Positions 1-10,866 of a stretch of 64,000 nt of DNA are shown one piece after another. The notes under the pieces are model-generated. The model did no database searches and was not told the origin of the DNA. It worked only from the letters and a program-made list of their open reading frames with translations. A program made the translations under genes and the position numbers. Origin of the DNA: Emiliania huxleyi CCMP1516 (lineage: Eukaryota). The stretch covers positions 124,001-188,000 of the forward strand of contig NW_005202113.1 in the NCBI RefSeq assembly GCF_000372725.1. Reading direction: 5' to 3'. The first letter of the stretch is position 1; the number at the start of each line of letters is the position of its first letter.

Positions 1-50
1 TCTCCTACGATACGCACTTCGATACGCCTGAAGACGTCGAAACGTGCCTG

Positions 51-566
51 GTGCAGCCCTCGTCGCCGCCCCCTGCGCTTCCGCCAGCCCTGCCACCGAG
101 ACCGCCGCTAGACCCGCTCGACTCCTTTGCCGCCGCTGTGAAGAAGGCGCTCGGCGCCGACTCCTTGCCTGCCAACGACATCCGGCTCGTCCTCGCCCCC
201 ATCGTCGTTGGCCCCTTCGCCTGCTGCCTCCTCGGACTCGCCTCGCTCGGCTGCCTCTACCTCTGCATGCCTCACGGCGTGAAGCGGTCGCCGCCGCGCT
301 CCCTCCTCAGCGACGACGGCGCAAAGGCGGCGGCTGATTTCGCTATGGACTTTGGCCCAGCCGCGAGCGCTCACAGCGGCGGCGGCGGTCGTGGCGCAGC
401 TTCGCGGCGCTCGACGCGGCAATCGTCGTCCATCGCGCTGCGCTCGCCGGCCGGGCGGTCCCCTGCTGAGATCCTCAGCCGCAGGATAGCAGGCAATGTC
501 AGCCCGATTCCGCTACCCTCTCCAAAGGCTCTCAAACAGCAAGCCCAGGCGCTACAATGGCTATGA
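51..566 (+). CDS. 3' part of a hypothetical single-pass membrane protein (probably begins upstream of the window)
   Basis: Open frame with a Pro-rich stretch followed by a hydrophobic segment (LVLAPIVVGPFACCLLGLASLGCLYL). No family recognised. Confidence 0.4.
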   Translation: MQPSSPPPALPPALPPRPPLDPLDSFAAAVKKALGADSLPANDIRLVLAPIVVGPFACCLLGLASLGCLYLCMPHGVKRSPPRSLLSDDGAKAAADFAMDFGPAASAHSGGGGRGAASRRSTRQSSSIALRSPAGRSPAEILSRRIAGNVSPIPLPSPKALKQQAQALQWL

Positions 567-1484
567 ATGCCTCTGTGTCGCTGTGCTGCAGTGCGCTGTG
601 CGAGAACAGGCGAGCGTCGAAGCAGAGATGCTTCGTACCACCAATCCCTAGCTGCGCGCGGCGCGCGGATCTCCGCTTTTGGCTTTTGAGCCGGCGGCCG
701 CGCGCAAGGCGCGGCGCGGCGCGGCGTGGGGCGGCGGGCGTCATGGCGGTTGGCGGTCAGTGTAAAAACCCTGTGTGTGCCCATGACGCGGTTGGCGCAC
801 GTGTGTGTCTCACTCTGCGCAGGCTGGGGCCCTGCGGCCCTGGGACACCACACGCGACACGGACTCAGTGCTGTTGAGGCGGGGGTTTCCGCGGTGTGTC
901 TCATGTGTACTCGCATATACTCTCGAGTACTCGCACGCCGCGGCTCGCGAGCGCGACCTCCACAAGCCACTCCATCTCTCTATCTCAGTACTCAGATGGC
1001 CGAGTGAAATCTGGGCGCACATCTCTCCGATCTCGACACACAAACCAGATAGAGTGCAGTTTATTGCTATAGCCATACGACCTCGGCTCCTGCGCACCCA
1101 GTGATCACTGCCAGTGTCCCACGCTGCGCCACTCCCAGACCGCAGACGCCCCAGAGGTGAGAGGAGAGCGCGCAGGCCGCAACACGAGTGGTGTGTACGG
1201 CTTTAGACGCGGGCATGCGCGGCTGCGCTCACACGCCACACCTATCTCTCTATGCGTTCATTGTCCCCAACCATCCGCCATGCGCACCACGCCCACCCGC
1301 GGGGCCGTAGCCCCCCCCCCCCCCCCCAAACCACCACACACACAGTCCGGCACCGTGGTGCTCATCTGCTCATCCACCCCTCCCCCCTCCCCCCCCGATC
1401 ATCAAATCGTGAGCGCGTCACGCACAAGGTACACATGTCCTAGCCTTGCCGTTTCTTGACGACGGTACTGCTGGCCCGGCAGCA

Positions 1485-4400
1485 TCAGGCAGCGGCGGAG
1501 CCCTTGAGAGCGGCGACCAGCTGGCTCAGCCGCGTAACGTTGTCGGGACCCGGGTCGGCAGCCCTCTTGACCGGGTCCTTCTTTGCGTCCCGGCGGCTCG
1601 GCGCGTTCGGCGGCCGCTGCTCCTTGGCCATCTTGTCGGCCTTGCGCTTGGCGAGCGCGAGGATCGAGTCGAGTCGCTTGACGAACTCGGGCATCTTTTG
1701 GAAGACGTGCGCCCGCCACTCGCGCGGCCCCGTCACGAGCAGCTGCTGCATCACCACCAGCGACTCGCGCAGGAGCTGCTCGTGCTCGCGGTAGTTTTGT
1801 GCGAGCTCGACGATGGTCGGCACAACCTCGCGCTGCTCCCACACACGGTCGCGCAGCGATGGCGTGCGGCCGATGTTTGCGAGGATCCGCAGCACGTGGC
1901 CGACCGCCTTTTGGTGCGGCAGCGAGCGGTTGCACAGCTGCAGGAGCTGCAGCATCACGGGGACCGTCCCGACCTCGACCATCGCGGCGGCGACGCGCGG
2001 CGAGATGAGCGTGAACATCTCGAGCGAGCTCAGGGCGGAGAGCAGCTGCCCCAGGTTCTTGGTCGTCAGCAGGATATCCAGCGCCACCTTGGTGCGCGCC
2101 GGCAAGCACAGCGACGGGTCGGCTAGCATCTTGCGGTACGCATCGGCGGCGCGAGCGGCGATGTTGCGCAGCTCCGGGTGGCGCCGGTACACGCGCGATC
2201 GGGTGCGCCGGGCGCGGAGCATCGCCTGCAGGCTGACGACGACGCGCACGAAACGGACGCGGCGACGCAGCGTGATGGCGGTCAGTGCCCTCCTCGCGAT
2301 GACGGCAGCCGCGGCGCGGCGGCAGTTGCGGTACGTGAGGAAGCGAGCCCTCGTCTGCACGAGGCGCGCGCACTGGTGGAGCTTGGCGAGCGCGGCGAGG
2401 TGCATCACCTTGCGGATGGCGTGCGACTGCTTGATCGCAAGGGCGACGCGGCCCGCGCTCTGGATTGCGATGGCGGCGAAGTGCCGCCGCTTGAGCTCAG
2501 CAAAAGCGACGAGCGACGCACGGCGCCGCGCCGCCGCTTGCAGGCGGGTGCACGCGAGAGCGCAGCGCCGCAAAACGCGCCGCGCGACCAGCCCGCGCGC
2601 TCCTGCCTGGACTTGGACAGTGGCCCGCACCGACGAGGCAATGAGGCGGCGGCAAACCGCCATGCGCTGAGCCGATTGAATGGCGATCGCCGCCAGAGTC
2701 CACGCGTCGCACAGCCGCCGCTCGATGCGGCCGCGAGCGACCGCCTGGATGAGCAGCGCGGCGCGCTGGCTTCGCTCCCGCAAGCACCGCGCGACAAAGG
2801 TGCGGCCGGCGGTCTGGATGACCGTGGCCGCCTCGATCGACTCGGCCAGTGCGGCCTGGGCGAGGAGCGACCGCCAGCTCGCCTGGATGCGCATCGCGGC
2901 GAGCGTCCACTGGTCGGCGAGGCGCCGCTCAGCGACGCCTCGCGCCACAGCCTGAATGTACCGCGCCGCCCATCGCGACCACTGCAGTGTCTGAATGGCG
3001 TGCGCCCGCCGGGCCGCCGCCTGGACGGCCACAGCAGCGAGCTTCATCGCAGCAAAGCGCTGGCGGCAGAAGTTGGCCCGCGAGACCGCCTGGATGCTAG
3101 CCGCCGCGCTGGCCTGGAGAGCAAGAATGCGACGGGCAGCCGAGCCACGAGACACGGCCTGCATACACCGAGCAGCGCGCTGCCGACGCGCATCCGCGCA
3201 AGCGGCGAGGCGGCGAGCCGAGGACTGGATCAGCACGATCGAAACGAGCCGGAGGTGAGCCTGGCGTGCGGCGTTGGCGCGCCGGCCCGCCGCCTGCATC
3301 GCCACCGCCGCCGCGACCGAGCGAGCGAGCAGAGCCTGGCAGCGCGCAGACCGCCACTGCGCCTCGATCCGCGTCGCCGCCGCGTGCCACACGGCGACCT
3401 GCTGCCGCGCCGCCGCGCCGCGCCGGAGCGCCTGGATCGCACGCGCCGCACGCTCGCGCCGCGCTGCCCGCACCGCCAGCTGGCGCCGCGCCGCGCTCTG
3501 CAGCCGCGTGCAGCAGCCGCGCTGGACACGCAAGCGCCGCATCGCAGCCAAGCGGCGGGCCGCCGCCTGCACCGCCACCACGGCCGCCACCGAGGCGGCA
3601 AACTCGACTTGCAGCGTCACCGACCGCCACGCCGCCTGGATCGTGACGGCCGCCGCCGCGCGGGCGGCGCACCGGCGGCGCTCGGCGGCGCCGCGGGCGA
3701 GCGACTGGACGCGCGTGCACTGGGCGATCGAGACGCGCAGCACGCGTGCGGCGTTGGCGCGCCGGCCCGCCGCCTGCATCGCCACCGCCGCCGCGACCGA
3801 ACGAGCGAATGCCTCCTGGCACACGGCGGAGCGCCAGACCGCTTGGATGCGCACCGCAGCCGTCGCGCTGCGAGCAATCGAGCGGCGGTCGGCGCCACCG
3901 CGCGCCAAAGCCTGCAGCTTGCGCGCCGCGCGCTGCACGCGCTTCTTTTGCACCGCGGCGCGGCGGCGAGCCGCCGCCTGCATCTTGACGCATCCGATGT
4001 GCTCTGTATGCAGCTGCCGGTGCCGCCGAAGCTCGGCCTTGGCAAGGAGGCGGCGTGCCTGCGCCTGGACGGCGACGGCGCTCGTGCGCTGCATGGCGAG
4101 CTTCCGCACGGCGGTCGCGCAGCGCACGTTCGACTGGATCGAGACGATCGTAGCCACGGCAGAGGTGAAGGAGGCGCGAGTGGCCGACGCGCGCCAAGCC
4201 GCCTGCACGCACGTGGCGGCTGCCGCGTCGAGAGCAAGCGCACGCCGAACGGCCTGGCCGCGGACCACCGCCTGAAGACGGCGCGAGCAACGCTGGCGAC
4301 GCAGCTCCGAAGCCGCGGCGGCGCGTCGCGCCGCCGCCTGCACGCGCACCGCGGCGAGCCGCGCAGCCTGCAGGCGGTGCCGGGCGCCGAGCATCCGCGC

Positions 4401-7400
4401 GGCGGACTGGATTCGGGTCGACGCGCGCGCGGCGAGGCTCCGTGCCGCCTGGCGCCGCAGGAAGTGCTGCAGCGCGAGCGCAGCCGCCCGAAGCGCCGAG
4501 AGCCTCGCCACAGCGCGCCGGCGCCGCCCCGCCGCCTGGATCGTGCGCGTCGCCCGCACGCTCTCCAGGAACAGCACGCGGTCGCGCCAGGCGCCCACGG
4601 CGCGAGAGAGAACCACCCGCGATCGCAGCTCTGCTCGCGCGTCCGCCCGTTGCTTGCTCGAGCGCCGGCGCCGCTGCATCCGGATCGCAAAGACGCACTG
4701 CTTCATGAGCTTCCACGGGTCGACGCAGCGCTTACCGCGAGCGCAGCCGCTCAGCTGGATGAGCCGCGCCGCGCGGGTCTGCGTCGACAGCTCCATGACG
4801 CGCGCAAAGAGGTGCGCGAGCAGCACCGCCGCCACCGCCTCATCCGGGCCCGTCTCGACGGCGTCCGCGGCGATCAGGAGCTGCGGCACGCCGCCGAGCG
4901 CGTGGAGGGAGCTGGCGAAGAGGGAGAGCCGCCGCTTGGCGGCCTTGCGCGCCTCTGCCTCGGCGGCCCGCCCGGTGTCCCCCTCGACCGGCCGCAGCCA
5001 CTGGCCCGCCTCGAGCTCCTCGAGGAGCAGCTCCTCAGCCCCGGCTGGCCGCTGCAGCCCGAGCTCCGCGCGGGCGTCGAAGCCGTCGCCGAGCGCCTCG
5101 GGCACATAAAAGTGCACGAGCGCGAGCAGCCCGCGCCCGTCGCGCAGGCCGCCCGTCAGGTCCGAGAGCCGCAGCCGGTAGACGGCCGCCACCGACTGCA
5201 CCCAGCAGAGCAGCGCCGCCACGGCCGCCGGCTGCTCGGCGCCGTCGGGCGCGGCGGGCGCGAAGTCGGTGTTGGCGGTGCGGCGGGCGCGGCGCGCCTC
5301 GTCAAGCACGATCCCGACCGGCGCGAGCCTCGGCAGCGCCACGTGGCAGATGAGGCTCCACAGCAGGTCGAGCGTCGCCTCGCAGTGCCCCTCGACGAGG
5401 AGCTTGGCGCAGCCGTGCAGGTCGGGCGGGTGGCGGAGCAGCGGGGCGCCCGCCGCCTCCATCGCGCGCAGCGCAATCTCAACGTTCTTGAGCTTCGAGG
5501 TGCGGTTGACGGCGGGCAGCCGCAGCGACGGCGTCAGCCGCAGCGCCGCGGCGCCGCCGCTCGGCGCGCTCGCCACCTCGAGCACCTCGAGCAGGCGGCA
5601 GAGGCGGGCCCCGTCGCGCAGGTCGGTGGCGAGGGACTGGACGGTGAAGTTGAACTCGTGGTGGGCGGTCTGCGCGTGCGCCAGGGGCGCGTCCATGTAG
5701 GCGAGGTGCTTGGCGAGGTCGCCGATCCCGCCCGAGAGGAAGGAGCGCGCAAACTCGATCGCCATCTGGCGCGTGGACTTGATCGTCGAGTCGGGGCAGA
5801 AGAGGCACGGGTCCGCCTCGAGGACGGTGGTCTCCTTGGCGCGGTCGAGCAGTAGGAGGACGCACAGGACGCGCCGCACGATGCACTTGTGCGTCTCGCC
5901 CACGGCGGCCGCCCGCGCCTCCTCCCACACCTTGTCGGGGTGGCGGCCCGCCGCCGCCGCCACCGCCGCGGGCCGCGCCGCGGGGTCGAGCCGGATGGGC
6001 GCGAGGAAGCGCTTGTCGAGCCACTTGCGCAGCGCGTGCGCGTCGTCCGCCGCGGCGCCGAGCGGCGCCATCTCGCCCGAGATGGCCTCGAGGGCGAGCC
6101 GGAGCCAGAGCGGGTTGTAGCAGCCGAGGAGCGAGAGGAGGTTGTCGCGCTGCCCGACGTCGGCGGCGAGGTTGAGGCTCGGCCGCACGCACAGCAAGCC
6201 CGACTCGACCTCGGCCTCGAGGCGCGCGATGACGGGCCGGAGCGATGGGCCACGCAGCAGCGTCGTCATCCGCCGCCGGTTGACCGCGTCCTGCCTCCGG
6301 TTCTCAAACTCCATCAGCGTGAGAGTCTGCCGCTCGCCCGCGCCGCCGCCGCCGCCTGCCACGCCGCCGCCCGGCGCGACGGTGCGGCTGCCGCCGACCA
6401 CAAAGTTGAACCAGGTGGTGAAGCCGGCCTCGCGCCGCTCGCGCCAGCGCGCGTCGTAGAAGAAGCCGCTCGTCCGCCCGCCGAGCGCCGCGGCGCCCTC
6501 GAGGCGGCCCGCAGGCGCACCCCTCGGCGCCGCGCCCCTCGGCGGCGGCTTGCTCAGCCGCAGCCTGCCCGGCACGCTCGGCGCCTTGCTTCGCCGCACC
6601 TGCTTGAGCTTCGCCTCGAGCTCCTCGACGTGCTCCTCCGCCAGCTTGCGCCGCTCCGCCGCCACCTCGACGCTCGCCGCGGCCGGCGGCGCGGCCGGCT
6701 GGGGCGGCGCGGCCGGCTGGGGCGGCGCGGCCGGCTGGGGCGGCGCGGCCGGCGGCGCGGAGAACGCGCTCGCCATCAACGACGCGGCGCCCTCGTCAAA
6801 GACGAGCAGGTCGTCTCCCAGCCGAGAGTTGCGTCTCGGCCGCGACTTGGACGAGAAGGACGAGGCGCGATTGTTTGTGAGCCGGCTCGGGCTGAGCGGC
6901 ATGCGCTCGTCGTGCGCCTGCGCCTTGCAGAGAGCGGGTGCCGTGGCGAGGGCGAGGATGGCGTCGCCCACGTCGGGCGGCGCAGCAGTCGGACCGGGCG
7001 GCGCCGCGGGGGCGCACAGCCCCTTGAGCTCCACCGCCAGCGTGTTTGAGCGGTTCCAGAGCAGCTCGAGCCGCTTTGGGATCGAGCCGTGCGAGAGCGG
7101 CGCCCACGTGACGCAGAGCTCCCCCTCGCCGTGCGGCGGGAGCTCGAGGAGCGGCGGCTGGACGCTCAGTCCGCCGCGGCCGACGCCGCGCACCTCCAGC
7201 CGCTGCGGCCGCGGCGCGACGTTCTTCACAGCGAGCGCGCGCGTCACCGACGCCCGCGGGGCGATGGTCCCAAAGCTGACGGTGGGCGTCGTCGCGACAC
7301 TGCTGAGCACGAGCGGCGCCGGCACGCAGACAGGCTCGAGCGACGTCGCCGCGTTGCGAGCAGCCGGAGCCTTGGCCTCGACCTCGGCGAGGTCCATTCG

Positions 7401-7412
7401 ACCTAGCTCCAT
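1485..7412 (-). CDS. ASPM: Abnormal spindle-like microcephaly-associated protein homolog (ASH domain, two CH domains, long IQ-repeat array, C-terminal ARM-like region), 1975 aa, apparently intronless
   Basis: N-terminal Ig-like ASH region (VSFGTIAP...LAVKN...LCVTWAP), the ASPM motif LLGCYNPLWLRLALE, CH motifs (ATDLRDGARLCRLLE, LLCWVQ, LRDGRGLLALVHFY), dozens of IQxxxR motifs and C-terminal CNRSLPH. Confidence 0.93.
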   Translation of the reverse strand: MELGRMDLAEVEAKAPAARNAATSLEPVCVPAPLVLSSVATTPTVSFGTIAPRASVTRALAVKNVAPRPQRLEVRGVGRGGLSVQPPLLELPPHGEGELCVTWAPLSHGSIPKRLELLWNRSNTLAVELKGLCAPAAPPGPTAAPPDVGDAILALATAPALCKAQAHDERMPLSPSRLTNNRASSFSSKSRPRRNSRLGDDLLVFDEGAASLMASAFSAPPAAPPQPAAPPQPAAPPQPAAPPAAASVEVAAERRKLAEEHVEELEAKLKQVRRSKAPSVPGRLRLSKPPPRGAAPRGAPAGRLEGAAALGGRTSGFFYDARWRERREAGFTTWFNFVVGGSRTVAPGGGVAGGGGGAGERQTLTLMEFENRRQDAVNRRRMTTLLRGPSLRPVIARLEAEVESGLLCVRPSLNLAADVGQRDNLLSLLGCYNPLWLRLALEAISGEMAPLGAAADDAHALRKWLDKRFLAPIRLDPAARPAAVAAAAGRHPDKVWEEARAAAVGETHKCIVRRVLCVLLLLDRAKETTVLEADPCLFCPDSTIKSTRQMAIEFARSFLSGGIGDLAKHLAYMDAPLAHAQTAHHEFNFTVQSLATDLRDGARLCRLLEVLEVASAPSGGAAALRLTPSLRLPAVNRTSKLKNVEIALRAMEAAGAPLLRHPPDLHGCAKLLVEGHCEATLDLLWSLICHVALPRLAPVGIVLDEARRARRTANTDFAPAAPDGAEQPAAVAALLCWVQSVAAVYRLRLSDLTGGLRDGRGLLALVHFYVPEALGDGFDARAELGLQRPAGAEELLLEELEAGQWLRPVEGDTGRAAEAEARKAAKRRLSLFASSLHALGGVPQLLIAADAVETGPDEAVAAVLLAHLFARVMELSTQTRAARLIQLSGCARGKRCVDPWKLMKQCVFAIRMQRRRRSSKQRADARAELRSRVVLSRAVGAWRDRVLFLESVRATRTIQAAGRRRRAVARLSALRAAALALQHFLRRQAARSLAARASTRIQSAARMLGARHRLQAARLAAVRVQAAARRAAAASELRRQRCSRRLQAVVRGQAVRRALALDAAAATCVQAAWRASATRASFTSAVATIVSIQSNVRCATAVRKLAMQRTSAVAVQAQARRLLAKAELRRHRQLHTEHIGCVKMQAAARRRAAVQKKRVQRAARKLQALARGGADRRSIARSATAAVRIQAVWRSAVCQEAFARSVAAAVAMQAAGRRANAARVLRVSIAQCTRVQSLARGAAERRRCAARAAAAVTIQAAWRSVTLQVEFAASVAAVVAVQAAARRLAAMRRLRVQRGCCTRLQSAARRQLAVRAARRERAARAIQALRRGAAARQQVAVWHAAATRIEAQWRSARCQALLARSVAAAVAMQAAGRRANAARQAHLRLVSIVLIQSSARRLAACADARRQRAARCMQAVSRGSAARRILALQASAAASIQAVSRANFCRQRFAAMKLAAVAVQAAARRAHAIQTLQWSRWAARYIQAVARGVAERRLADQWTLAAMRIQASWRSLLAQAALAESIEAATVIQTAGRTFVARCLRERSQRAALLIQAVARGRIERRLCDAWTLAAIAIQSAQRMAVCRRLIASSVRATVQVQAGARGLVARRVLRRCALACTRLQAAARRRASLVAFAELKRRHFAAIAIQSAGRVALAIKQSHAIRKVMHLAALAKLHQCARLVQTRARFLTYRNCRRAAAAVIARRALTAITLRRRVRFVRVVVSLQAMLRARRTRSRVYRRHPELRNIAARAADAYRKMLADPSLCLPARTKVALDILLTTKNLGQLLSALSSLEMFTLISPRVAAAMVEVGTVPVMLQLLQLCNRSLPHQKAVGHVLRILANIGRTPSLRDRVWEQREVVPTIVELAQNYREHEQLLRESLVVMQQLLVTGPREWRAHVFQKMPEFVKRLDSILALAKRKADKMAKEQRPPNAPSRRDAKKDPVKRAADPGPDNVTRLSQLVAALKGSAAA

Positions 7413-7442
7413 TCGAAAGGGAAAGACACGCGAAGAAGAATT

Positions 7443-7545
7443 TAAAAAGCCAAGTCTCTCTCACAGCACACAGGCTCGACACAGGTGCGAACTGGCGCGT
7501 GCTAGTACTATCACCGGCACACCACCGGAGCCGCCTAAGCGACTC
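7443..7545. mobile_element. Short insertion flanked by 14-bp direct repeats (probable truncated retroposon)
   Basis: CGCGAAGAAGAATT occurs at 7429-7442 and 7546-7559. The insert end (TAAAAAGCCAAGTCTCTCTCACAGCA) resembles 33067-33090. Confidence 0.5.
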
Positions 7546-8552
7546 CGCGAAGAAGAATTCGACGACGCGTCTAACGGATCTTACCCCGCCTGTAACCTAT
7601 CAAACTCATGTGGCTGGGTCGACCGCGCCGACAGCTACGCCGCGAGCGCGATGTGCAAACCTCTCTCGATTCAGGTAAACTCTGCCGTCCCTTCGGCGAT
7701 GCACTGCCGTGACGGATGGCGTTATCTTTAAGGTATTGCTAAAATCTCTTTTGAGCCGCCGCCGGTGGCGGGAACTCACACGCAATAGAGGCATCCATGT
7801 CGTGCAGGAGCGAGAGGCCGCGCGCAGGGGGGTGGGACATTGATGGACATTCATGAATTCAACGTGTATTTCACACGACTAGAGAGTGGGGGACCTGCGG
7901 CGGACCCGCCTCTGTTGACTGTTGTTCGGGCAGTGAGAGACGCAGGATCTGCACGCCAAAGTGGGGCCCGGGTATCGCTGAGTGTGAGAGGGACTGGATC
8001 GGCAGCGGCCGGAGGGACTGGATCGCGGGCCGGCGACCCTCCACACGCCGTGGCTCTGAGCCCGCTAACTCCTTCGCGGCCGTCGGCAGCGGCCGGAGAG
8101 GCCGGAGAGCCGTCCGACGGAGGCCGGTCGTGCATCGGCGCGTCGGCCGTAGGGGCCGGGGGGGCGGCGGCATCCATCGCTGCGGGTCCGCTGCAGCGGG
8201 CCGACGATTGTGGACTGATCGATCGTCGGCGGGCGGTGTTCTCGGTTTGTTCAGCGGAGACGTTCTACGTTAAAAGAGCGTCGGGGACACGAGAGACTTA
8301 TAAAAAGCGCGTCGGCGCGGACACGAGAGACTTAGTAGCCAAGCAAGGCGCAACGACGGCTTCTGAAAAGAAAATAATTTGGCGATTTGCAGAAAGAAAG
8401 AAAGAAATAAAAATAATTTTTGGCATTTCCTTTCTTTCTGCGGCAGGAGTCGCAGGCTTGGCGGCCGTCTGGTGTACTGTGTTAGTGCCAGTGCGCGACG
8501 CTCCTGGCCGCTGAAAGCAACGCTGCATATGCATCTATCCAACACGCCCCTG

Positions 8553-9633
8553 ATGTCGGCCGCGTCCAAGCTGGCCGGAAAATTGCGCCTGCCCTGCATC
8601 GGCGCGCCGCTCTTCATCGTCTCCACGCCGGACCTCGTCATCGCGCAGTGCAAGGCGGGCATCGTCGGCTCATTCCCGGCGCTCAACGCCCGCCCAAAGG
8701 ACAAGCTCGATGAGTGGCTGGTCCGGATCAAGTCGGAGCTCGCGGAGCACGACGCCGCCCACCCCGACTCGCCGGCCGCGCCCTTCGCCGTCAACCAGAT
8801 TGTCCACCGCTCCAACGACCGGCTGATGCACGACCTCGAGGCGTGCGTCAAGCACGAGGCGAGCGCCGCCCGGCCGGCCGCCTCCCGCGCCGCCCCTCGC
8901 GGCCGCCTGCCCTCGCGCGCGGAGAGAGAGGGGCGAGGCCTCGCCGCCGTCGCAGGTGCCGCTGGTGATCACCTCGCTGGGCGCGCGCGAGGACGTCAAC
9001 CAGGCGATCCACTCGTACGGCGGCCTCGTCTTCCACGACGTCATAAACAACCATTTTGCGAAGAAGGCGGTCCAGAAGGGCGCCGACGGCATCATCGCCG
9101 TCGCGGCGGGCGCGGGCGGCCACGCGGGCACGCTCTCGCCCTTTGCGCTCGTCTCTGAGATCCGGGAGTGGTTCGACGGGCCGCTCTGCCTCTCTGGCTC
9201 CATCGCGACGGGGAGCGGCGTGCTGGCCGCACAGGCGCTGGGCGCCGACTTTGCGTACATGGGCTCCGCCTTCATCGCGTCGGCCGAGGCGAACGCGCAG
9301 GACGCGTACAAGCAGTCGATCGTCGAGTCGGTCGCGGCGGACATCGTCTACTCGTCGCTCTTCACGGGCGTGCACGGAAACTACCTGCGCCCGTCCATCA
9401 TGGCGGCCGGCCTCGACCCCGACAACCTCCCCGAGGGCGACGTCACGCAGATGGACTTTGGCTCCGGAGGCAACACCGACGCCAAGGCGTGGAAGGACAT
9501 CTGGGGCTGCGGGCAGGGCATCGGCGCCATCAAAGAGGTGAGCACGGCGGGCGAGATCGTCGAGCGCCTCAAGGGCGAGTACGCGGCCGCCGTGGCGGAG
9601 AGCAGGGCGGCGACGGGCAGGTTCGTCCCCTGA
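8553..9633 (+). CDS. Nitronate monooxygenase (2-nitropropane dioxygenase family), one GC-AG intron 8859-8955
   Basis: Motifs LPCIGAPLFIVS, AGIVGSFPALNAR, AGAGGHAG, AYMGSAFIA and AKAWKDIWGCGQG. The two ORFs join in frame across GCGAGC...CGCAG. Confidence 0.92.
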
Positions 9634-10166
9634 CTCGCGAAGCGCCACTCGGGCCCCAGTCTCTGTTCAGCGCGCGCACAGACGCTCTCCTGTCAGTCCA
9701 GTCAGTGTATCTCCCCCTCTTGACTCTCGTCTGGGTCTCGGTTATTTTGTGAAGCGTGTTCTTGTACGCGTCCAGAGTGTCTGTCTCGCCTCGGATGTTG
9801 CGGGTATTTATCTGTGTACTGTGACGCTGTCGACTCACAATGCCACGGCATAGGCACACGCACATATATAAGACATATTGCCGGCTTGCCGGGGCATGCC
9901 GGGGCGGGGCCCCGGCCGCGCCGCCGCCGCGCGCCGGGCCCGGCGGGCGGGCGGGCGAGAGCGAGAACGCGGCCCTCTCGACTCTCGTCCAAACCTCCAA
10001 TGAGAGCTGTAGCATTCCGCGTAGCATGACTGACGGCTGTCTGAAGGCGTGGCGAAAACGGCTTTCGGCTCTACACACGGCACCGATGGACACGAGACGA
10101 GCATACCTCCGCTCAGGCACAGGCTGCATACACGTGCATGTACACACACTCACACGAGGCCCACTG

Positions 10167-10389
10167 CTAGCTCGAGCGACTGCTAGATCCGGCGCGGAGG
10201 TCCTCCAGGCTCGCACAGTACACCCAGACGGAGCAGACTTGGTTAGGGTAGGCGTGCACGTACACGGAGAGCGCAAACTGAATCTTCTTGGCGTCCGCAA
10301 GGAAGATATTGGTCTCGCGCACGCGCTTGATGATGGCGTTCCGGTCGGTGTACGTCACGTTGATGGGCAAGCCGACCATGTGGTACACG
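10167..10389 (-). pseudogene. CC2D2A: Orphan terminal exon of a CC2D2A/MKS6 (CEP76-related) gene
   Basis: GLPINVTY...IQFALSVYVHAYPNQVCSVWVYCASL matches the conserved CC2D2A C-terminus as I recall it (EFALAVYIHPYP.NV.SVWIYVASL). It is preceded by a CAG acceptor at 10392-10390, and there is no room for upstream exons before the fasciclin stop at 10867. Confidence 0.75.
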
Positions 10390-10866
10390 CTGTGAGACCA
10401 TGGGTGTGAGGTTAAACCACGTTACCAGCGCTTGGTCACATCGGCCCCGAGGTCAGATCCTTCTACTCTGTTGATGACAAGACTTGTCTACTGGCTGGAG
10501 CCGAGCAGGAGAGCCCAGCGCACAACCCCTGGACAACACAGGGTCCACACCCCGTAAATAATACGATCGCGAGTACGAACGTGGTGTGCCGCTAAGGTGT
10601 GCGCGACTGCTCTCGAGGCCGAGAACCGCGAATGTACTATTTTATAGCTCCCTCGCGGCAAATTCCACATTTTTCAGCCCTGCAGATATCATGCAACCAA
10701 GACGATGACACGCCAACTCGCGACAGCTCACATCCTCTAAAGCTCCTACACGGTGGTACACGCCGCACAAGCGTCCAGACAATGAGACATGTGTGGCACG
10801 GCCGACGGCCCGCCGCCGCGCATCCGCCAGCCCGGAGCGTCACGGCCGGCATCGCGCCCGGCCGGC

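Noticed and set aside
2178..5855. 1225-aa plus-strand ORF and the many other long Arg/Ala/Pro-rich ORFs
   Set aside because: These are shadow frames of real genes (here ASPM), expected in very GC-rich DNA with few stop codons.
8271..8335. About 30-bp direct repeat (GGACACGAGAGACTTA) between ASPM and NMO
   Set aside because: Only two copies and no evidence of function; likely a local duplication.
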